Source of the DNA: Deltaproteobacteria bacterium
GTDB lineage: Bacteria; Desulfobacterota; Desulfomonilia; UBA1062
Assembly: GCA_018436855.1 (NCBI GenBank)
Contig: JAHDKO010000135.1
Coordinates: forward strand, 22,929 to 86,928
Direction: 5' to 3'
DNA: 64,000 bases
The notes under the pieces are model-generated. The model did not search any database and was not told the DNA's origin. It saw only the letters and a program-made list of their open reading frames with translations. A program made the position numbers and the translations under genes. Positions 56,301-64,000 of this stretch are shown piece after piece (the first letter of the stretch is position 1; every line of letters starts with the position of its first letter).

Positions 56301-59300
56301 GACGAGACCCGGACGGTGCAGATCTCCGATACCCGGAGCGAGCGTGTCGAGACCTCCTTGGAAGGCCAGCTGAGCATCCGGGTGGTGGACAGCATCGGCC
56401 AGGAGGCCGTCCGCTCGAGGCCGATCACCGTCAATCGCGACCAGTCGCCCGACCTTTCTTCCCTCGGCGTGACGCATCCCTTCCAGGCCTTCTTCGGCAG
56501 GGAGGCGCGGATCGTGCTCGAAGGCGTCAACAGGCTGGACGACAGCGACAGGTATAAACTCCAGATCATCGACACGAGCAGCGGCAGCCCTGCCGTCGTA
56601 TACGACAGCGCGCTTCAATCGTGGGGCAGCTCGTTTACGCGCAATCTCGCCATGCCGGCAGCCCAATCAGGCCTCACCCAGTACCGGTTTATCGTGGCCG
56701 CGGTGGACGAGCTCGGTCAGCGGGCCGAATCGGCTGAATATGCCATCGATCTGAGACAGGCGCCCAACCTGATCAGGTTCAGGGCCGCCAGTGAGCAGCA
56801 AAACCGGACAACGGTGCGGGTCGGCGAACAGCCCCAGTACCGCGTGGAGGTCCTGGACGCCGACGGCCGCCCTGTCGAAGATGTGGACGTGAGATGGCAG
56901 CTGGTGCCTCTCTCAGGCCAGGCCGGCACCATGGGGACAAGCGCAACCGACAGCCTCGGGTTTGCATTCCTGACCCTCAACACCTCCCGGACCGCCCAGA
57001 GCTACACCCTCCAGGCAGGCCTTGTCCTGATGCACGAGGTGGGGTCCGCCCGGCTGCCGGTCACCGTCATGCCCGGTGAAACCAGAAGGCTTGCATTCGA
57101 TTATCCACCCCAGGTGGCTGCCGGCGGGGCCTTCACCCTGGCCGTGCAGGCCTTTGATGCCTGCAACAACGAGGTCCATGAAGACGGCGCCACCACCTTC
57201 ACCCTGACCATGCCCGATGATGGGTTCCATTTCGTGCCTGCCGCCGGGGTGCAGATCGGACAGGTGTCCATGAACTCGGTCATGGTGGAACGGGCCGTGT
57301 GCACCCTGTCAGCAGGCCGGGCGGATATCGGCGTTATAGCCGCAACCTCGGCCGGCACCCGTGAGATCGGCGTAGGCGCGGGCGGCGGCATAACCGCTCC
57401 TTCGGTCCTGCCGGTCACGATCATTGCGGGCGTCCCGCAGAGCCTGGTCTTCCTGGACGAGAATCTCCAGGTCCAGCCTGCCGGTTCTCCTGCGCATTGC
57501 GGCATCAAGCAGGCGGCCCGGGTGCATCTTGCCCTGTTCGACCAGTACGGCAACCGGGTAACAAGTGCCGGAGCGGGCTGCCCGGTGAGCGTCGGTGCCA
57601 CCGGAAGCGCCCGCATCGACGGCCGGGAGTCTCCGGCAGAGGTCGTGCTGGTGCAGGGCATGGCGGAATTCCTTGTGCAGGACGACACCGTCGAGACCGT
57701 GACGCTGTCGATCCACAGCGTGGGTCAGCCGTTTGCAGGCATCGATACCTCGTCAGTGTTCCGGCTGGCGTTCGATCAGTCGCCGCCGCAGATCGTGCAG
57801 GCGGTCGGCGAGGCAGGCGTGAACACGGAGGTCCTGCATGCGAAGTTCGTCTATGACGAGCCCGTGGAGGCCAACACGCAAGGGCCTCTGGTCGAGCTGC
57901 TCCTGGATGAGAACGTCCTGGATGCGGAGGCTGCGATAGGCGAAGACTCCCAGACGGTCATCCTCGAGCCTGCTGAGGCAATGCAGCTCGGCACGGCCTA
58001 CCACTACAGCACCGGGAACTCGGTGCTCGTCGCGGCGGCAAGCGGAGAGGGCGTCATGCCGCAGGCCGGCGTGCTGGAAATGCCGGACTGCCTGGTAAAG
58101 GTGCCGCCCGTGCTCGCGGTCCTGGAAGGGCAGCTCATGACAGTCGGTTTCGCGTTGGCCCCGGGTGTGAGCTATTCCGGCATCACATCCGGCCGGTACT
58201 GCATCGGCACCGGTTCCGAAGGCGAGGATATCTGCGGCGGGTTCGACTGGGCATACAACCGGACCGTGCCGATCCCGGCATTCTCGCAGTACGGGCAGCC
58301 TCCTGTCCAGGACGGCGGCACCGTGGTGTTCGAGTTCAGCGGATACATGGGCGGACGCGAACTGCGGGTCGGCAACAGCCTGGCATTGCAGGTGTTCGTG
58401 GAGGGCCGCGACTTCGACGGAGACGGTCTGAACAACGAGCTGGAGATCGAGGTCGGCCTCGATCCCGCCCTGGCGGACAGCGACGGCGACGGCATCGAAG
58501 ACGGGCTCGACGACCTCGACGGCGACGGGCTGAGCAACCTGGCAGAGGTTGCCGCTGGTACAGATCTGCTCGTCTTCGATACGGACGGCGACGGTCTGGG
58601 GGACGGCGCAGAGGTCTTGACGCACGGTTCCGACCCGCTCAAGATCGATACGGACGGCGACGGTCTCTCCGACGGCGACGAGGTGAGCTCTATCCCGTAT
58701 TCCAGCCCGAACAAGGTCGACACGGACGATGACGGCATTCCCGACAACGTTGAGCGGCAGTATGGCCTGAACCCGTCCGACCCCGCAGATGCAGCGGCCG
58801 ACCTTGACGGTGATGGGCTGAGCAACCTGGAAGAGCTCCAGCTCGGCACTGCAATCAACCTCGCCGATACGGACGGCGACGGGCTGTCCGACGGCCAGGA
58901 GGTGAACGGGGCAACCCCGACCGATCCGCTGAAGCAAGACACCGATTCAGACGGCCTGCCGGATAACGAAGATTACGAGCCCGGTACGGCCGACAGCGTG
59001 CCGCCCCTTGTCGTTCTGGTCGAGCCAGAGGCGCAGAGCACATTCATCAAGGGCCAAACTATCAGGGTGCGTGCATTGGTCGAGGACCAGGGCCGCATCG
59101 AATATGTCCGGCTGAAGGTCGACGGGGTGCAGGTCAGGGAGACCAGTCCTGAGGGCAGTGTCCAACAGTACGGGTTCGAGTACACGATTACGCTGCCCGC
59201 AGACGCGGAGCAGGCAGTCATCGAGGTGCTGGCGCAAGACACGAACGAAAATATCGGGACCACGGGCGAGCATGTCTTCACGCTCATCGACGATCCCATG

Positions 59301-62300
59301 ACCGCGGTCATGGGCGTGGTGGCGGATGCGGACGGCATCGGGGTCGGAGGGGCAACGGTCAGCGCCCACGGCTTCGAGGCGCTGACGCAATCCAACGGCG
59401 TATTCGTCATCATGAATGTGCCCGTGCTGCTGGGCGACGTGCAGGTGACCGCCCGGGTGACCCGGGACGGCATCGACTACGTGGCCAGAAGCGGCATCCA
59501 CCCGCCGGTATGGGCCGGCACCACCGACGTGGGGACCCTGACCCTGCGCCGCGACAAGAGCAAGGTGGGCTACTACCATGCCACCTACGACCGGGGCCAG
59601 GACTACCAGCGCCTCATCATCGAGAGCTCGGGCATGAAGCCGGTGCTCGTCCAGACCCTTGCAACCTTCGACCTCTCGGAGATCGACATGCTCATGGTCG
59701 ACACCAACCATGCCCAGGGGAGCAACTACTATTACAGCAACCTGCAGAAGGTGTTCGATTTCGTGGCCGAGGGCGGTGCTCTGATCATCCACGAAACCGA
59801 TGCGTGCGGCACCGCCTACACGGCGGCGGACGACATCCCGGGCGCACCGGGGTCGCTGGTCGACTCCACGATAAACGGCAGGGCCTGCCCGTGGTACCGG
59901 TTCAATGCCATAGGAGACGGGCCGGCAGGGCAGTTTGATCAGACACCACACGCAAGCGGACTCGCCACCGGTCACTTTGACCGCACGTCGCTCGGCATGG
60001 ACGTGACCCCGTGGGTCTATGCGAACGACCCCATGGACGGACAGGTTCTTTCCATCAGCTATCCGTGGGGCCAGGGGCTGGTATACGTCTCCACCATCCG
60101 GATCGAGGTCCTGATCCAGGAAGTCTTCCACACCATCTATGCGCCCAACGCTCTGAACGCCATGCACAGGCTCATGCAGCCCGACACCGATTTCGACGGC
60201 CTGGACGATTTCACCGAGTTCGATCTGGGCACGTCTTCGACCAATCAGGACACGGACGGCGACGGGCTGAGCGACCGGTTCGAGGTCAGGTACGGGTTCG
60301 ATCCTCTGCTCGCCTGCGGAGAGGCTGAACTCGACAGCGACGGAGACGGCCTGACCAACGTGCAGGAGCAGGCCGCAGGCACCCATCCGCACAGGGAAGA
60401 CAGCGATGGTGACGGCCTCTCCGATCTGCTGGAGATCGAGTTCACCTCTGACCCGCTCTTCATCGACACCGACTTCGACGGCCTGATCGACAGCAGGGAG
60501 TACGGTTATTATGCGGATCCGCATGTGGCGGACACGGACGGCGACGGGTTGAGCGATTACGACGAGGTCATGGTTTACTACTCCCATCCCGGATCCCTGG
60601 ACGGCGACCGTGACGGCATGTCCGACGCGTTCGAGGTCGAGCAGGGCATGAATCCGGGCCTGGGGTTCGACGCATACTGTGACGATGACAACGACGGCAT
60701 ATCCAACCGGGAGGAGCTGCTGGTCCACGGCACCGACTATCAGGAGCCCGACAGCGACTTCGACGGTCTCGACGACTCACAGGAACTGGCCCTGGGCTAT
60801 GATCCGAACAACCCTGACTGCGACGACGACGGGCTCCCCGACGGTTACGACTACGAGCCCATGGTCGCCGATCTGACCGCCCCGGTGGTCTCCCTGCTCA
60901 CGCCCGAACCCGGCTCCGATCTGGTCAGTGGAGGACAGGTGCGCCTGTCGGTCGAGATCGTGGAGCAGGGAAAGATAGGCGAGGCGGTGTTCACGGTCAA
61001 CGGTATTGAAACACGCCTGACGCAGGCCCCGTACAGCATTATCGCCCAGGTGCCGGATGGCGTGGGCACTCTCTCCATCGAGGTGTGGGCGACCGATTCC
61101 AATAATAACACCGGGTCCACAGGCACCATGGTGTTCAGCATCATCGACGACACCCTGATGACAATCACGGGCCGGGTGGTGAACGAGCTCGGCAACGGTG
61201 TGGCAAGCGCCACGGTGACCACGGCAGGCGTGACGGCCCAATCGGACCAGAGCGGATACTTCGTGCTCGACCAGGTGCCGACCACCGAGGCGGAGCTTAA
61301 GGTCAGCGCCTCGGCGCTCTTCGGCGCCCAGGAGGTTTCCGGTGTGAGTGAACCGTTTGTGCCGAGGCACGGGGAAATGATCGATGCCGGAGAGATTCTG
61401 ATATCCTGTGAACTTTATGTCCCTTATACAGGTCTCATACCAGAGGCAGACCTTGCGTACGATGGAGAGACTGTCATTGAATACCTGTACAACCTGTATG
61501 ACGGGAGTGGTTATCTCTGGGATATACACCGTCAGTACGGCTATATCTACGATGGTACAAGCGATGCATTCGACAGTGGATATCGTCTCTCAGTAAACAA
61601 CCAGGATTATATAGCGGATTACCGGATAGCGGTGAAAACGCGCATGAACGGGCGTGAGCTTACCTTCATGCCCCGGATGTTCGGTGATTTTCAGGTCCAT
61701 CGCAAGATATATGTACCTGGGGACAAGCAGTATGCGCGCTTCATGGAGGTGATCGAGAATACCTCTGATGTTGAACAGAGCATATCGATAAGGCTTCAAT
61801 CATCTATCGAGGGCTACGTCCGGTACACATCATCGGGAGATACCAGTCTCACTGCATCGGATGGATATGTGGTAACCGACGACAACTATGCGACATACGG
61901 AGATCCTTCGGTTGCCCATATATTCAGAGGACCCGATGGTGGTCGCGTAGGCCAGTACAACCCATACTTTACCGGCAGCTATGGGAGTATATACATCAAC
62001 TATTCGCTCACAGTGCCTGCTGGATGCCGTGCCATAATCCTCCACTATTCACTCCAGGATTTCAGCCGTTACACCGCGAATGCCCTTGCCCAGGACATAT
62101 ATTCATCCGCCGGACGGAGTGATCTGATCGAGGGCCTCACCCGTGAAGAATTCATGGATGTGGCAAACTATTCCTTCCTGAAGGACAGCGATGGAGACGG
62201 TCTGGCCGATTACGAAGAGGTGCTTCTGGGACTGGATCCCGCCAGTATCGATACAGACGGCGACGGCCTCACGGATGGATTCGAGCATAGATACGGTTTC

Positions 62301-64000
62301 GATGCCCTCGGCACTGACGAGTCGGCCCTAGACCCGGACACGGATGGTCTGACCAACCTCGAGGAGCAGGCCGCCGGAACCGATCCGTTTGCAGAAGACA
62401 CCGACGGAGACAGCCTGAGCGATTATGACGAGGTCATGACCCACGGCTCGAACCCCTTACTGGTTGACTCCGACGGCGATGGCCTGCGTGACGATCGGGA
62501 GATCGCCATTGGCACGGGTGCGATGGATGAGGATTCCGATGGCGACGGTCTGAGCGACGGTGATGAGGTGAACATTTATGGCACTGATCCTCTTCTGGTC
62601 GACTCTGATAACGACGGCATGGATGACATGTTCGAGGTGGAATACGATCTTCTGAATGCCGACCCGGACGGAGACGAGGACGCAGACGGCCTTACCAACC
62701 TCCAGGAAGCGAGTCTTGGCACCGATCCCAGGAACCCGGATACCGACGACGATTACCTCAAGGATGGCTGGGAGGTTAATAGCTATCAGACCGATCCTTT
62801 TGAAAGAGACAGCGATGGCTCCGGGCGATGGGACATCGACGAGTTGTTCATGGATTATTCAGATCCGAACCTTGCAGGCGACGATCTTGCCAAGGACGAC
62901 ATCAGCACCACCCTTGTGGATGAAGACGGCCGATCGTGGTTCTTCAGTTACGGGCTTCTCGAATATGCCTGCAGCGGTTCGTACACGACTTTTGAAAACA
63001 GTCTCGCGCTGTACGTGAACGGACAGAAGTATTCGACTGACTATTGGTATACCGATTATGGCCGACTAGACAGGCGCGAACTGGTTCTCGATACAAGAAC
63101 GCTGGGCAACCTGGCCGTCGGCAGGAGAGCCTTTGTGCCGGCTGCGGGAGGCGCCTTTGTCAGGTGCCTCGACATCATCACCAATCCGACCGGGGTGTCC
63201 CAGGAGGTTTCCGTCCGGCTGAAATCCTCGATCGGGGAGTATGACGAGGCAGTGGAGCCGAATGTTCTGACCAGCAGCGGCGGCGACTCATATAATCCCG
63301 GAGATCTCTACGCCGTCTTCCAGGACCCCGTGAACATCAACCGGCCTATCGGTGCACACCTGTTTGCCGGCCCCAACGCCGAAGTGCAGCCTGATGCCTC
63401 ATCAGGAATTACGAGCGGCGAGAGAGACTGGCATGTTGACTACACCTTCACCATACCCCCGGGAGAGCAACGCATGCTTGTGTACTTCCTCAGCCAGGAA
63501 GGCAGTGTGAGCAATGCGGTCGACACCATGGAGTGGCTCCTGAACATGCCCGAGATCGCCTTGCAGGGGCTCACCGAGGAAGAGAAAGCGTTGGTGGTCA
63601 ACCTGTTCCCCTATCCGGACAGCGACCGCGACGGAATGAGCGACGAGGACGAGCTGGTCTACGGGTGCGAACCCGACAACCCGGACAGCGACGGCGACGG
63701 CCTGCCCGACGGCTGTGACCATGACCCGCTCAACCCGGACAGCGACTTCCCGGCTGTCACCCTGGAGTCGCCCCAGGCGGGCCTGACGCTCTTCAAGGGC
63801 GAGACCGTGTGGATCCATGCACGGCCCCAGGACCAGGGCATGGTGCCCGCGATCGATCTCTGGGTAAACGGCGAGCTGTTCACCAGCCTCTCGTATCCGG
63901 ACTACTGGGTCGAGTACGTGGTGGACGATGCCCTGGACGCGCTGCAGATCGAGGCCATTGCCACGGACACTGCCGGCAACTCGGGCACCACGGGGATCCT
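26244..64000 (+). CDS. Giant secreted/cell-surface multidomain protein (partial; >12,585 aa within window): Ig-like array + LVIVD beta-propeller/IPT-TIG repeats + TSP3 calcium-binding modules
   Basis: My translation of frame 0 (positions divisible by 3) from the ATG at 26244 gives [31 protein letters not shown]|AVG, a signal peptide. Samples at 37140, 41538, 58410 and 63960 are all in the same frame with coherent domain sequence. The ORF track reports no complete frame-0 ORF anywhere after 25610, which is expected if the ORF runs off the window end. The opposite strand has only fragmented ORFs. Confidence 0.85.
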   Translation, partial: MDMGRNVGTTVVRFFLSVLLFVITTVGTAQAAVGLDIRAAEPLSASGQESAYVLRISDCSGVVEIKAGQASAPTPYSPADIRRLPGDPDAGELEFSLQGSDRFHPHVELTFFNGEVQAYNEAFVTEPNNPSLRFQSVSFDADGQDQRLNISIQASDDIDISYLGLQAVGLRISELRAAGGVISRARRQAFADTSGSIRIYPDSDDQDIFEYSLKLDSPLSAEEMHHNALVLVEGHAVDASGNQSSFSEIVIVGEDTEEQIFGMEVSPSKIIFTNAMEVVQIIPSIEFQFRGWVPLPGAGHGIGFSSSDPSLVHVSSDGRVYPLAETGASPVLVTVSVSGLESMQVPVEVSFTKELTGLRLNGYAPGQTVVLDSLNHFYPLPTVLGVFSDGTEAPLTDFYRVQAQVPAGGEEILTVDSGKGMLSTMSISEDSPMTVHFTLMQNPGISLDVPVAARDALPEISLDVPDRVEVGDTVLLAADASDDVAVQRVEFRMDGAVAGRRQAAPYELTMPAGEMLEGRVIEVQAVAVDSAGQIRETPVRAVTIVAKEVPQVPAYEFEQPINNLRVVEGSPYVLSIVSNLGIMPDNSYASGISYAEFFADGQKIGTARFPVYEKRPVPNQDNKEYLYEVWKLEAAAPVISTEQTSLAVTARVYSGNGGVSDAPAKLVKVVENLPPAVCIIRPMADGIVTAGSPFAVEVQVSDDTLSKGTLIELLADDVRIAGRTYKKDEEGVFTGDYEVEAARESFTHQVDAEALGRVLELSARVVDYHGKVVVSEPVHVSVKGDQEPTVAVSHPVEGQHVVSGLPLELRANAADDLGISQVDFYINDQLVGSDYRTPFAIIYQTPSSIETEQPLSVCAVATDTGGHVVRSETVTATLGRDEEPPVINLASPPINATDSGDDIASIVEETEAVVKLAGYDNVGVVEVRLSGIRRVEGQGYLLTGNSTDSIGEEEGLRVQQLPGALNAYTAFVLVRMPSFKNLNGVPFDRYPIQAVARDRTGNTSELSAVIGVFKDQPPEVRALTSDRTRYFVDDMVNLEVVARDDRAVTGLTVGLFVDESTEPVRTITHGQSGGFVPMEVVSDRFTFSLAELGLSNDGHELVFEARALDAMGHESEACLLHASVVMDSVGPQVSIVEPPVSDPLYAGQSPAFAWRAVDDSLVSSVRISALGSVVFERQYTGSESADAVQGSMAVAVPADVAEMVVTISATDIYGNEGSQDVCYRVETDRAPEVSIRTPSSGSRFVEGESCTVNAVLTDDRQVESAEVMILSGSNILVHRPFDSEDIRQAEGQGGYVSMVLTVPTKPQGTSEPIRLVVRAFDSAGQQAEQAIGIEILDDGEPPVISLIDPQQAVEIFPGESIDIQASAYDETLVDTGSIGVFLMDADGRVQGVEWEYLALTEKREEIRVPNPGTLGSIVAAYRHRVDVKGRIRIPRSFIEHAGETFELFLRASDKGVNTAETSRVPLTILADTTAPEIRLLEPLSPLYEQTGSFLRLSVTDNIAVAGYTVFFKTGDDQALSVLVEKSGLEQDQVFFPGAGDSPIALPLPQPSGDAKALFTITVEAVDTAGNRSMETRLFEVLPDKAPAVGLFGKSPSGDFLRAEPVSHVVEISDDMIVNNLYFPVLTSLDNIQADRGPTGITAQDGGPAVTMAYPEANGYAGAVSINGNPYVSFEDGVMTSYPLVPATRGHFEIDPGTLSADVLYSLTIYSDDPCGAQIITKQVAGGLLHLDDYIDENTTLIIISPDFSAVPGAPQFLRQIRVDLNRDEGVGRFTFDGRSYSDDGLVPRVELLIDESRDGALKPAFIESRPVCSQKGARVYAGVVLPTPVEQSIGSYSLLVHATDRLSPQRGPVALGVISTGSVMLDTEAPAAAIVEPRQGTVLVPCQNIDLSLRVSDNSRTLRTIRILENQTRLIREIGGACDRKEYTIPYEVPREYSGGELEISIVALDESGYSTQSSVLCLLDRNDAPLLKPLAFSSYRAGNVYRKRITDPVSLSAGEFWVRSGESCKVECELSDDAGLQEFSAYRLSAGQRAETLCTRTYPYSCPDKPVVRRSESVEIVFDQIEPTEYELAVVDTYGNTSSRVLLIHPLMNVVPEIRITGPADGAEIVAGTLSLKVGVVAADDRAITQDSVRVFANGVPLSSMCVGGDISGGQSAVHEAFLSIYDSLESRYGKTIADEYGVQSGVNILMRNYLLTMPSGLYQPGEDLTISAYVYDSDSAAGMDEHSLAVRADDVMPEVIVSPSQSSYGPIENTDFTLSVQGRDNIKVNRIEIYRAYGVLTTQSTVVRTPYELVRAIDTIPAQDYEPIDPDWIDTPVYDQLMHVGRMSEILSHFDGLSTADIARYDLWVRVVVRDSSLSRESEHSYMIRIDERPVIDLIRPAQDSQAVESTDLTVRVDAFDDVGISYVMLRADYPGGSPSYELKLLNAPYHFSVPVPAYDPDNPGNNRVDLSVEAIDTYGVQFNDPDGHAVSKNVSVLVVRDESPTIEIAQPQDNHTLTEGSYLLVKAVALDDVGVDRVVLNISGLTQGDRSMVDLEYPYEFIFEVPCGQAGKDLALTASVTEKRRGGIPRTVETPVPVHVHVQQDTQAPDINVVQPASSGTTVVEKRPLPYHLIIQDNVSVSSVRAMLYADRNLDGQFGEDERVEEALLLSAPYSGTLPVKTLDVYRAVPPGDDRLALLFKAIAVDGIGNESIATRPVTLVRNTPPEVTGIRVLDNRGFSLGQIAEITQGRPIVLNVLASDSEAGVDSAELLYAIGTDPEQEDFVLLGQDSAAPFNFHFQVPAGPVGEQVFFKASARDIDGYESSLSDVMLALTITADKPPTARIVDPDSSQAVVIEGESIGVTAEVHDDLGSEGIDRVVFYVDSQPVISVYQSMAVTGGGFGQAHLYHTDINAPEGVDGFVVQAIAYDILGQAGESQMVLIGKIKDTVVPKVKILSPVDNEILTTAEPIRAVVGVEDVGEIDRVVLTFYRQHQEGGEWVTLDEYALNLFRDDVRQEGDTTPVSDPDCFSYIYWADFSGGNILRRGGHMRERVLAVAEVQTPNHTVNAQAAYEVGWALSERRFSSPAEDRFDLADEVYYTAVDQYLSKGRSGPMVAAWASADPMRIEQGLGNETIEELGGGALQYTGIALFDATDNEQGNGLGDYFVYSPLLSGSAEMFAGTIGEISCDANTVFAGKSGVIGRQLQPNPDSHSNTGTDRFLLSMKSEIQKDWLDGVKGSGNLYLENTDAELLIFSPMNGEYQLGLPYLLAGRVDLPYPDVYGLDRRDDLVFVANGYGGVQVIDISSFEAPYHVSFIKPNGFTRDVQVQGNFAFIAASHEGVVVADIRDPLMPIVGGVDTLGVANRIHLAGNRLFVSDMAGDGGVSQINVIDISDPYHPEVVRTIELKPARADLVPDGVYDVTLQGNLAYVTVHYSDQEDHPAQSLVEIIDLEKELDPSWDPTVPVMTHRFASKVDFAARGVTLARGGMQVAAGKSGIDRIEFTELTILSHSPAYGEHDVPTNLERITIELSGVLGSDVVLGDYVEVVQGDALIGEHVTSRFQLAYALRDGEPNRRIIELIRSDQFELVPNTRYFVRLKQGLSAVSGYALARDYVFGFWTSGAGAAPAPDIVSICPLGADGDHACIAAGGTEGGTELVIRGVNFGTDPQLFIGGQPIVVEEVEPAGTVDGFDRIYAVTIPNYAGPAAVTVINDHGLEDTVYGGFTYVDQLKISFINPSVVRTGQTGANDVVEVTGYGFHNGITLTATRSGDPDSAVTYRVDNEHLSLYSAERMQWVVPDFRNSDGKGYRGFVDVEVTDELGRRFVLMNALFYGRLEVNHVLETENPYSASAIRAELEALAKGEPTGYLPDTLKLPAGTIAGLAADTRLNLAYVLGRGVLGSGVKGPEYVYDPDYVGHYYAPGWIGLVRYYPDRIPDAAPVHGFYSILPQDIVANGMALGPDYVYVIAQGYSFPHIETEHDGRSWLLVYERETEPLPDNPQPKDKSVLYEVPLPIDTSPEKIVTAGRLAFVSAGESGVVVVGLADPLHPSVITRIRQALINGVTYPLVPSDIEVIGNMLHVDTRCGKSSFRVLFDITRPSLPQAGTYAQTYARSAGFAQQSLYGAGNALDVVDASRPEHLRRVGQYYGFGFTVPGETKNLAAQASTALNITQRRIDGGSPCYNTYLALYDACRLENVTLLDAMKIEQGCIQEGGRIVYTDDGVAMFAVDTGGHSTLSFVDTLTLDLAGSTPVHNERAVSPDIVPELRFTVPLTMDETELAAYIDLIREDGASGGVPLAYSLSIDSEDPRIVRLDPAMDLEAGTPHRIILKGVPSSRRTLGLFDHVIPFTTGTSTGPAMEIVDVDPWMIDVSGGQIFVTLRNASGSPYFAISGQDAPVIGTRTVDGGVEYQINAPDNMAGPGTLTVQDGSGRVVTLIGAVQYVEPLIIRGLSPDTGPLTGGTTVEITGQGMQSCSNGIEVFFGEYPVAADKIKVIDSETIEVTTPGGRIGPVDVRVCRSGAQCDILTDAFRYTQPVQSNILDKGRIYDAQLDPSQNFLIAAAGSRGIVIYDLSASNFTTGSDPLNPDALLSLIDGNNDGIDDRVMAQVSLPGGYWALSLSGYFERGQDRIFVTAARYNGTYFTDARLFVVSFDQLDISRSMIISSLDLQCNVARGIDVTQNKAVIALGNQGMGIVDAYLHTKLYMSGRFTLPDSRTALDVEQLTTEAGEPELYVVVGGDFDFKENRLLESEYVGSGGFYVIEHDTEGGLGLLSTLDVPASRVVVQGRYAYLAAGQGGLVIVDISDPAVPRIVSRVSDAGFVHDVDVRGAVAYLALGKAGILTVDVSDPANPHRTAGMDSYRGNSIDVVAAGSYMAAGCGVPGSAGSSGSDYNGVVEVIPDVTLKIHLVEPENRIIDTALDAVADIRVHFNKAIDLYAANLEGFAVYRGNGSPLETAVSITGNEAFIRLDKQGLSVGEELELVVKAGIASVKPAQSGHIVLYELDKDQRFALTYRGAQAGDLAVDSVMPRHIQGGVPGVIKVGIYGAPLDPGRIRIHVGDVPATVEGVVSSDTEERVGIVTASVPPISSGGQYDLVIEVEKAGLWQTITLKGGIVVDEPVRFDSVTPQWGPITGGTILTIKGAGFEPGNTVMDSLKITIGSTPVSRVDVISHELIRVVTPRGVSGRQPVQGEDRYGNTTQLEGDKGFGYGLKLCSNIMPDLVYPSDVWIDPATGVAVTNGGYLHQGYDTQNILGIDFPDTMRAATFDIQDPYAPLLVGGESTLPSDGKGRAAIMHEATAMILGAIKEEGGTLSSEEEHLLKQASTLEQSCGIDSIRIFPIAELEEGVERKRLYVAGGLGGVARLNLDELNGLQFINEALAGRDLVTDIFKSGYALYAVRTSPHSDANLPNEGCVDVSGYGIPKDVQVLNYTDPFDPVDMGTLAGMQGGTALHYADGWLMSGGNHSARMWGPDCPPTWPGFSGAEPVDEGDGMVSAASLLDPYLQTFIPFEGNVLDILTHGDYLVAALGGRGVEIVYRDRPEDRTLLELDATLQHDPGRAVQLKLYGSTLFVAAEKGIVVFDLSDIHTPRVVSAGNTETVMGLDVYLDRIVAGRGSEGLGLFQLPGAFVVASSVSEGGTLPLAEDEPLSITFNELVTVESLLAENAVELVRFDPETLHEQEVAFTLVPQFESGQGEAARRFVVDFTKEPLSTLVLRVNDARNTRGQTLWAPFRLQFAVSGQDVMRPVITSVEGGVFHHGDQPAITIRGRGFDASIEACIDQYPVAVVFIDAETLEIPAGATGLLPLVPGQHHLGLEQSGMEALWHGAFVMGDSIADGEDLFAIDPDSSPAEGGIGITVEASAPVILPGTKVVLRAAGSDTEIYTGINDFDISEGQEAVDLYDDVRTLDSFSFILPAVAYPDLYRVFLRMPYGDGSKEIYAGDFSYTVSSGLGIDLPNYPPMEIGASLVEGDILYVGVKAGEKPTAANRFLMESGLEVYDISIWERPIRLSQLPTDDPVTGLAGAGNLLFMACGASGMDVADISDPSRPLILAGIGTPGHRAMDVAVNEVERVVALAAANDLGTGYVRFFALDGESFGPASGYQTISFDQDPAAPDALLGMPVDIQWFQNRLYVLYLKKIGLAYSLHLAVFESFGDQPSYTTDPVDIPASDTPADYSLMVNQGQIGISTPESYSIVEPGAQGGYDIVYWQAQGRGTELSVFGGSLLIADADGLHVNPGTRLVVSGCFPSPGSRLSRQDRIRVRLNNLINTSPGHVALAVSLSTQDGSTVSQDNYQIEAVNSMHGSTIEVSFTEQFVYQGRLAFALSTGLTDIHGHALHAPLEVEYSYTSADRPHIDAVKKLSGADALDVHCFHADGTEQVLVEGSGFGDNLGSISIRIGHTQVMASAVSHLEDSRLIFTLPDLHAGGATLTLPVEVIHNDTSLGDILYGALLIVPRIEIDDIRPTTGPPQGGNYVDIYGRGFGHSNIVRFGAARAGDLTVFSSDHIRVRVPAGSFGPASVSVESTLFPDELNLSPVEYFYSGKETGSVNLATDNPAPVSAVAVRDQLLYTLTGGHFDVLDEQGRVTRRLASNTARLVLSDVSDPVHPVILEKEFLGGLKPYHFEVECGLSPDGFVALAREGSNLFVAGGRKVYHFDITMPADPWLVNSLTLNGNISDIVLHGDLLYAAGAAGIDIYRVIPDQRLTHLHRVSTASIGGAPGRITLEGSSLWAVVPAEGLVAEIDLMGGDYRILRSFPAMDTAAAPFTPEDIIVYAGLVLVSSGDRGTVQLFVLDSDTGATPAADLKLAYLIKNGTVFAGQMELIGQTLYVAAGQGDVQVFDLSAWLDGNYLGETPLVDYFAVTGDVKTIAFSPDAIYAGTAFAYVDGEPRENPITGTETANTIGGGLNTILNDKLLIIGQKPLAGGALPAGDPIEIRFNRILDHAQIAGGGSIVEVTLDGAPVAGFVSQRVNNDGSCLMFRPLNPLEANKRHRLVLSPEIRDIHGNTIAGQYSFFFVAADGVQPQIDSVEPPYGTWRGCDTVVVRGSGFDENTQIQVGSTVVGASDIISIRDDEIVFRLPALTEAPGANRPVGISVSNGVLSDVRAGAFTYITDASISSIGSYSRETGLFNPAVKTFFYNAGEHIGIRGQGIGPMTRVWINGIEARNVRIESSDLISLQVPDDTVGTLTVEVGNGGYSEGTSAYSGLRVVFESMRQLSGVSCIQRQGDLLLTAGGREARLYSLRDSSVPVLLAKMAVSGNVLKTALTGAHVAVLHGAQKDIDVFDITNIYDPRLINRFKNVNSERSFTDIRLLDSHLYALAGGMLYYGNVRSSDLSALELRQTEDLVDFDVRQGGLYLLYADQIELRNQYRPEVLLNTYTHLMLDPEGIDLIETGAIVTGGMDYWLVDTTALENFHPNRLIGHRFTGVCDRVVQNGEIAAIAGNGRIRLYDTGIASEGELSHRELAEVYNQRQNQTVQWLHFSGDLLEWVSGGEYFNARIPIPNVWKAEPSWITNPDETIRVSVTGDSAAWRDVSCRVSSFYDQAGSVSGSTILEGKRLTFLPSAGLFQVNDLYDVVLLQQPRETVKGAAVQVDLPWRIGSAAAFGLLPIELGHITPASVIEGVHNSYTVTGANLGQASEVRLGDLILYPGDFTVNDSGTELTFAGTMPGSGLYSLSVMQEDQADVLAAAVLAIDALAIHSVSSDHPQSSAVVSEQGGDMVTVLGEGMTPDISVHWYPSGQGMQPSRTNTVPFALISGGLTFTTSEMTKGLDYQVVIVKSSTGECADAGESRLLTVIDDRAPTICVAQPLGRLQPLILEADEPIRAGADRSFAVIKQFRDYSDTPDQDISGRFDTLLSTGNRLVLRLASGQVLEPNAVYTVTISDLQDLAGNTANSINGIQAGTMTHVLRAEDLLAPRQDSIRFVIAATDEPVQDVTVLKRGKSYTFAVSAIDNYVEADELSYSYRYSLDGGVSYITNWISLKNTDGRAVFSIDITDTFQRLGVMVRASDGRNTSDRCFEATVTDPQIVLSADPPGFVTTPDPVEELDDLTLTFNLTGDIDVIDSARIRVFEGGQWRQISPVSVVRTTGMATLSMELGYLCDVPGYNGESSLEIPVVLSVGYDAVVDFARFERQFTLYKDFTPPDLRIVSPKDGDYVPRGRQVEMILQSFDRYGIDRVEVCLDSSSPGIFDDPLACGALADPTVYRFTVPEDAEEPITLAARAWDLNGLVSEPRTITVQPFAPGDALPKVAILSPANGASFHAGEEVGFRLLMEDVSESRLYFDIGGIQDDPGNPPPRAITRTEGEPAVFTLNSVIPVVPEDCVVVVRLEAVSETNELVSQCYLNVFADEGIDETPVIDVSPASHALAGTELLINAVKPEGMDDYDAGSYLHVEEIGVPGTTVDYPMDSGLHRYPLSTATSAVAIDAFLHDRSGHVKHEARQVGRYPYFSGDWTVCHQIGDSTRRIGSVAAVPGYTGGTVWPENDIVGGYRIRSLSGTIHETATGRVESVFFSGTGLVAQVEDSGQRHVLFLRLVQGVFGTPWTAKLSGEVVGAYGSVVFVRNGDLISGLFATVDGFVPITGHAVDEPIISLSQSDRRIFVLTSSGLRVLEMTDMQAMPKIVQRSTHAFDGYEGVGVSGGRLLLWRAGEVDRYVLAHDGSIGEPDRNMQAGGTVERVVEDGELMWIYTLDERVGDHWQAWLDGEHVANLGGTGERIALAAGRMYRVVESPAGDSIQYREIGVTDQSQPLNLAAYPLPTGVLIAGPSDDPSMGLEQVYFTGEEGTLLPAVSMWYTGQYDGVSGEQVPHGRAWFIRHAHTGARVTAHAIGHGGTLREQIIDTPFAPQTGTIGLTPADGSWIAAGAHVPLAAEMDQTTLTADCLLSAGSDTSRTISGTHHLYRWLTMPDSGSMEVSCSINAAPAAAAVISAIDNDPTLAAVTIGSVANNQCFPEGEVVSATYRVLVQEGAPELNYVEITLVDYNGNEKARLHAGQPEGAFTLRLPDVLSQEPCELKVRAYFGPQYHYSENACNIRVTPRVSMPVPVIDGLPGTVYPQTRLCLELMQQLPGGQVQALGSEFGASLRVFRGDEAVPVASADRAVLNMDVPADAAALTIVGQIQDASGNSRETRQRILVIDHLRCAPAAQTLAYDAFLPAVGGYWYAKGHDLSSSTGSNHAFEAPVTALAHLGSNLLVALEGTGLVIVDPEQEFRMLGNRTLSARIEHLAANEQRIVAATRNSLLLYRVSGNDMEYFRTLALHDEILDVRPYGDAFLVLTCHELRMIDAGGTTLHAAQGSEFRAMAVHDREFYVLDAYGELAKYGSDLTRLASLSRAGGERMVALQGYLALMDSMSGMIRVVDVGSRGRMELVAAWPVGFAPFIADAAVSSGMIFSGDARGTIVEVAYPESGFEVLFDAETAGKPTPGYVLDLALCDGIAVSAADNYGAIVYRPDSRGAYSQQSYPATGFAEAAGRAACDKQRCYVLQPRENRVRFFDPAILQGGDLFAGRAFVDLALTSSHVVAAEGGSLYRASRADLSEQPAIDVAGSENIVRIAAGGYRVAAVTDANSIYLADMQTAGVRAVVEGEAQPIGLVALSNDYLFYSLGTGIRRVRIHDGAVVDGGLQGARYIAALEYAQGLLWCAFEHDDGYGVAALDPMNLSTVDGSIVDLDTEITALAVENDRLAVGLGSQGIRVYLMPQRLMRAQASPDTPLAGVTFQCTDLMRVQMPQSPGVAAVQYLINGETVATGSHAPFAVDIPLPANLPNGQPFVLDTRLECVSGAVIDAEQRPLFLHSKGLAANDLRVEVQVSEHSWGPAPLEIRAGIVHTDHPISRVEYYLSQSPMGPYQFIGEHFGPEFVIFRYYDDSYSGYYVKVRAIDVFGNAVDSLPKRFYRHQDNANPTAGFAVTGLAVKDGGSRVVVDTGYRVAVTVGDAESGVRQAFLKSRGRIVKAIFGQGTITLDEIAGSLGTLVYDVEVTDNAGNCCTASHVIEVVSDSSPDLQIDNSPASIRERTSFTVKFTAEDDVSLAFAEISWNGFTTHVDLGSADETRTVQISDTRSERVETSLEGQLSIRVVDSIGQEAVRSRPITVNRDQSPDLSSLGVTHPFQAFFGREARIVLEGVNRLDDSDRYKLQIIDTSSGSPAVVYDSALQSWGSSFTRNLAMPAAQSGLTQYRFIVAAVDELGQRAESAEYAIDLRQAPNLIRFRAASEQQNRTTVRVGEQPQYRVEVLDADGRPVEDVDVRWQLVPLSGQAGTMGTSATDSLGFAFLTLNTSRTAQSYTLQAGLVLMHEVGSARLPVTVMPGETRRLAFDYPPQVAAGGAFTLAVQAFDACNNEVHEDGATTFTLTMPDDGFHFVPAAGVQIGQVSMNSVMVERAVCTLSAGRADIGVIAATSAGTREIGVGAGGGITAPSVLPVTIIAGVPQSLVFLDENLQVQPAGSPAHCGIKQAARVHLALFDQYGNRVTSAGAGCPVSVGATGSARIDGRESPAEVVLVQGMAEFLVQDDTVETVTLSIHSVGQPFAGIDTSSVFRLAFDQSPPQIVQAVGEAGVNTEVLHAKFVYDEPVEANTQGPLVELLLDENVLDAEAAIGEDSQTVILEPAEAMQLGTAYHYSTGNSVLVAAASGEGVMPQAGVLEMPDCLVKVPPVLAVLEGQLMTVGFALAPGVSYSGITSGRYCIGTGSEGEDICGGFDWAYNRTVPIPAFSQYGQPPVQDGGTVVFEFSGYMGGRELRVGNSLALQVFVEGRDFDGDGLNNELEIEVGLDPALADSDGDGIEDGLDDLDGDGLSNLAEVAAGTDLLVFDTDGDGLGDGAEVLTHGSDPLKIDTDGDGLSDGDEVSSIPYSSPNKVDTDDDGIPDNVERQYGLNPSDPADAAADLDGDGLSNLEELQLGTAINLADTDGDGLSDGQEVNGATPTDPLKQDTDSDGLPDNEDYEPGTADSVPPLVVLVEPEAQSTFIKGQTIRVRALVEDQGRIEYVRLKVDGVQVRETSPEGSVQQYGFEYTITLPADAEQAVIEVLAQDTNENIGTTGEHVFTLIDDPMTAVMGVVADADGIGVGGATVSAHGFEALTQSNGVFVIMNVPVLLGDVQVTARVTRDGIDYVARSGIHPPVWAGTTDVGTLTLRRDKSKVGYYHATYDRGQDYQRLIIESSGMKPVLVQTLATFDLSEIDMLMVDTNHAQGSNYYYSNLQKVFDFVAEGGALIIHETDACGTAYTAADDIPGAPGSLVDSTINGRACPWYRFNAIGDGPAGQFDQTPHASGLATGHFDRTSLGMDVTPWVYANDPMDGQVLSISYPWGQGLVYVSTIRIEVLIQEVFHTIYAPNALNAMHRLMQPDTDFDGLDDFTEFDLGTSSTNQDTDGDGLSDRFEVRYGFDPLLACGEAELDSDGDGLTNVQEQAAGTHPHREDSDGDGLSDLLEIEFTSDPLFIDTDFDGLIDSREYGYYADPHVADTDGDGLSDYDEVMVYYSHPGSLDGDRDGMSDAFEVEQGMNPGLGFDAYCDDDNDGISNREELLVHGTDYQEPDSDFDGLDDSQELALGYDPNNPDCDDDGLPDGYDYEPMVADLTAPVVSLLTPEPGSDLVSGGQVRLSVEIVEQGKIGEAVFTVNGIETRLTQAPYSIIAQVPDGVGTLSIEVWATDSNNNTGSTGTMVFSIIDDTLMTITGRVVNELGNGVASATVTTAGVTAQSDQSGYFVLDQVPTTEAELKVSASALFGAQEVSGVSEPFVPRHGEMIDAGEILISCELYVPYTGLIPEADLAYDGETVIEYLYNLYDGSGYLWDIHRQYGYIYDGTSDAFDSGYRLSVNNQDYIADYRIAVKTRMNGRELTFMPRMFGDFQVHRKIYVPGDKQYARFMEVIENTSDVEQSISIRLQSSIEGYVRYTSSGDTSLTASDGYVVTDDNYATYGDPSVAHIFRGPDGGRVGQYNPYFTGSYGSIYINYSLTVPAGCRAIILHYSLQDFSRYTANALAQDIYSSAGRSDLIEGLTREEFMDVANYSFLKDSDGDGLADYEEVLLGLDPASIDTDGDGLTDGFEHRYGFDALGTDESALDPDTDGLTNLEEQAAGTDPFAEDTDGDSLSDYDEVMTHGSNPLLVDSDGDGLRDDREIAIGTGAMDEDSDGDGLSDGDEVNIYGTDPLLVDSDNDGMDDMFEVEYDLLNADPDGDEDADGLTNLQEASLGTDPRNPDTDDDYLKDGWEVNSYQTDPFERDSDGSGRWDIDELFMDYSDPNLAGDDLAKDDISTTLVDEDGRSWFFSYGLLEYACSGSYTTFENSLALYVNGQKYSTDYWYTDYGRLDRRELVLDTRTLGNLAVGRRAFVPAAGGAFVRCLDIITNPTGVSQEVSVRLKSSIGEYDEAVEPNVLTSSGGDSYNPGDLYAVFQDPVNINRPIGAHLFAGPNAEVQPDASSGITSGERDWHVDYTFTIPPGEQRMLVYFLSQEGSVSNAVDTMEWLLNMPEIALQGLTEEEKALVVNLFPYPDSDRDGMSDEDELVYGCEPDNPDSDGDGLPDGCDHDPLNPDSDFPAVTLESPQAGLTLFKGETVWIHARPQDQGMVPAIDLWVNGELFTSLSYPDYWVEYVVDDALDALQIEAIATDTAGNSGTTGI
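27600..35400 (+). repeat. Tandem array of ~30 Ig-like (Big_7/Big_2-type) domains within giant gene
   Basis: A recurring ~90-100-aa unit: P.V.I..P..G..V..G..L.L.A.A.DD.GI..V.FY.DG......D...PY.F, ending ...A.D..GN. Example: [52 protein letters not shown]...ATDTGGH. Protein-level repeats with diverged DNA. Boundaries approximate. Confidence 0.6.
35800..55250 (+). other. Zone of alternating LVIVD-type beta-propeller repeats and IPT/TIG domains within giant gene
   Basis: LVIVD-like blades ([19 protein letters not shown]..., [48 protein letters not shown]), around 35.9-36.5, 39.8-40.8, 42.7-43.0, 44.0-44.4, 45.8-46.7, 47.8-48.6 and 53.7-55.2 kb. IPT/TIG domains ([32 protein letters not shown]; [29 protein letters not shown]; [37 protein letters not shown]), around 37.1-37.7, 39.2-39.8, 41.5-41.8, 43.4-43.6, 45.2-45.8, 47.2-47.8 and 48.9-49.5 kb. 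Approximate coordinates. Confidence 0.6.
58410..58980 (+). repeat. Thrombospondin type-3-like calcium-binding repeat array 1 (DxDxDGxxD motifs)
   Basis: [112 protein letters not shown]. Visible in the DNA as recurring gacacggacggcgacgg. Confidence 0.8.
59290..59470 (+). other. CarboxypepD_reg-like domain (copy 1) in giant protein
   Basis: [39 protein letters not shown]...VQVTARV, a G.V.D..G.P..GATV..G....T...G.F.....P.G pattern. A second copy lies at ~61150-61330 ([40 protein letters not shown]). Confidence 0.5.
60182..60862 (+). repeat. TSP3-like calcium-binding repeat array 2
   Basis: [120 protein letters not shown]. Confidence 0.8.
62184..62850 (+). repeat. TSP3-like calcium-binding repeat array 3
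   Basis: [114 protein letters not shown]. Confidence 0.8.
63618..63745 (+). repeat. TSP3-like calcium-binding repeat array 4 (short)
   Basis: [43 protein letters not shown]. Confidence 0.7.

Noticed and set aside
26760-60728. Numerous long minus-strand ORFs across the giant-gene region (e.g. 41445..44354 969 aa, 44526..47147 873 aa, 52044..54077 677 aa, 58947..60728 593 aa) and out-of-frame plus ORFs
   Set aside because: They tile the antisense or off-frames of a continuous, domain-rich frame-0 ORF. Their translations are Arg/Gly/Pro/His-rich low-complexity, as is typical of high-GC antisense. None has an RBS or recognisable domains.
1-64000. Search for tRNA/rRNA/CRISPR/integrase/transposase
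   Set aside because: No GGTTCGAATCC-type T-arm signatures, no rRNA-like segments, no spacer-repeat arrays and no recombinase-like ORFs were recognised by eye. Absence is not proven without tRNAscan/Infernal.

Overview
High-GC (~60-65%) bacterial chromosomal window. Gene content (korAB-type 2-oxoacid:ferredoxin oxidoreductase, L-lactate permease, HemW, LepA) fits an anaerobe, possibly a deltaproteobacterial/Desulfobacterota-like genome, but I cannot assign taxonomy from sequence alone. Three parts stand out. (1) Housekeeping and metabolic genes in the left half: Fe-S protein, recQ, lactate permease, korA/korB, nadC-family, hemW, lepA, ogt, an amidohydrolase-tetR-hotdog-SBP locus. (2) A roughly 5 kb lower-GC island at about 1.5-6.3 kb. 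It carries a membrane-anchored Mrr-like nuclease, a secreted SNase with an Ada-type Zn ribbon, a decayed umuC fragment, an Xre-RES toxin-antitoxin pair and a PD-(D/E)xK-like ORF. This looks like a horizontally acquired mobile-element remnant or defense island. (3) A single giant plus-strand ORF starting at 26244 with an RBS and a signal peptide. It runs uninterrupted off the window end at 64000, so at least 12,585 codons are in view. It is missing from the supplied ORF track, presumably because it has no stop inside the window. The protein is a modular secreted or cell-surface giant: about 30 Ig-like (Big_7/Big_2-type) domains, then a long zone of alternating LVIVD-type beta-propeller blades and IPT/TIG domains, then a three-times-repeated C-terminal module (thrombospondin-type-3 Ca-binding DxDxDG arrays, Ig, CarboxypepD_reg-like, and an unknown beta domain). 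Several short intergenic repeat families occur around the tetR locus and upstream of the giant gene. I found no rRNA, tRNA or CRISPR. Most long ORFs in the track that overlap these genes on the opposite strand are GC-rich antisense artefacts.
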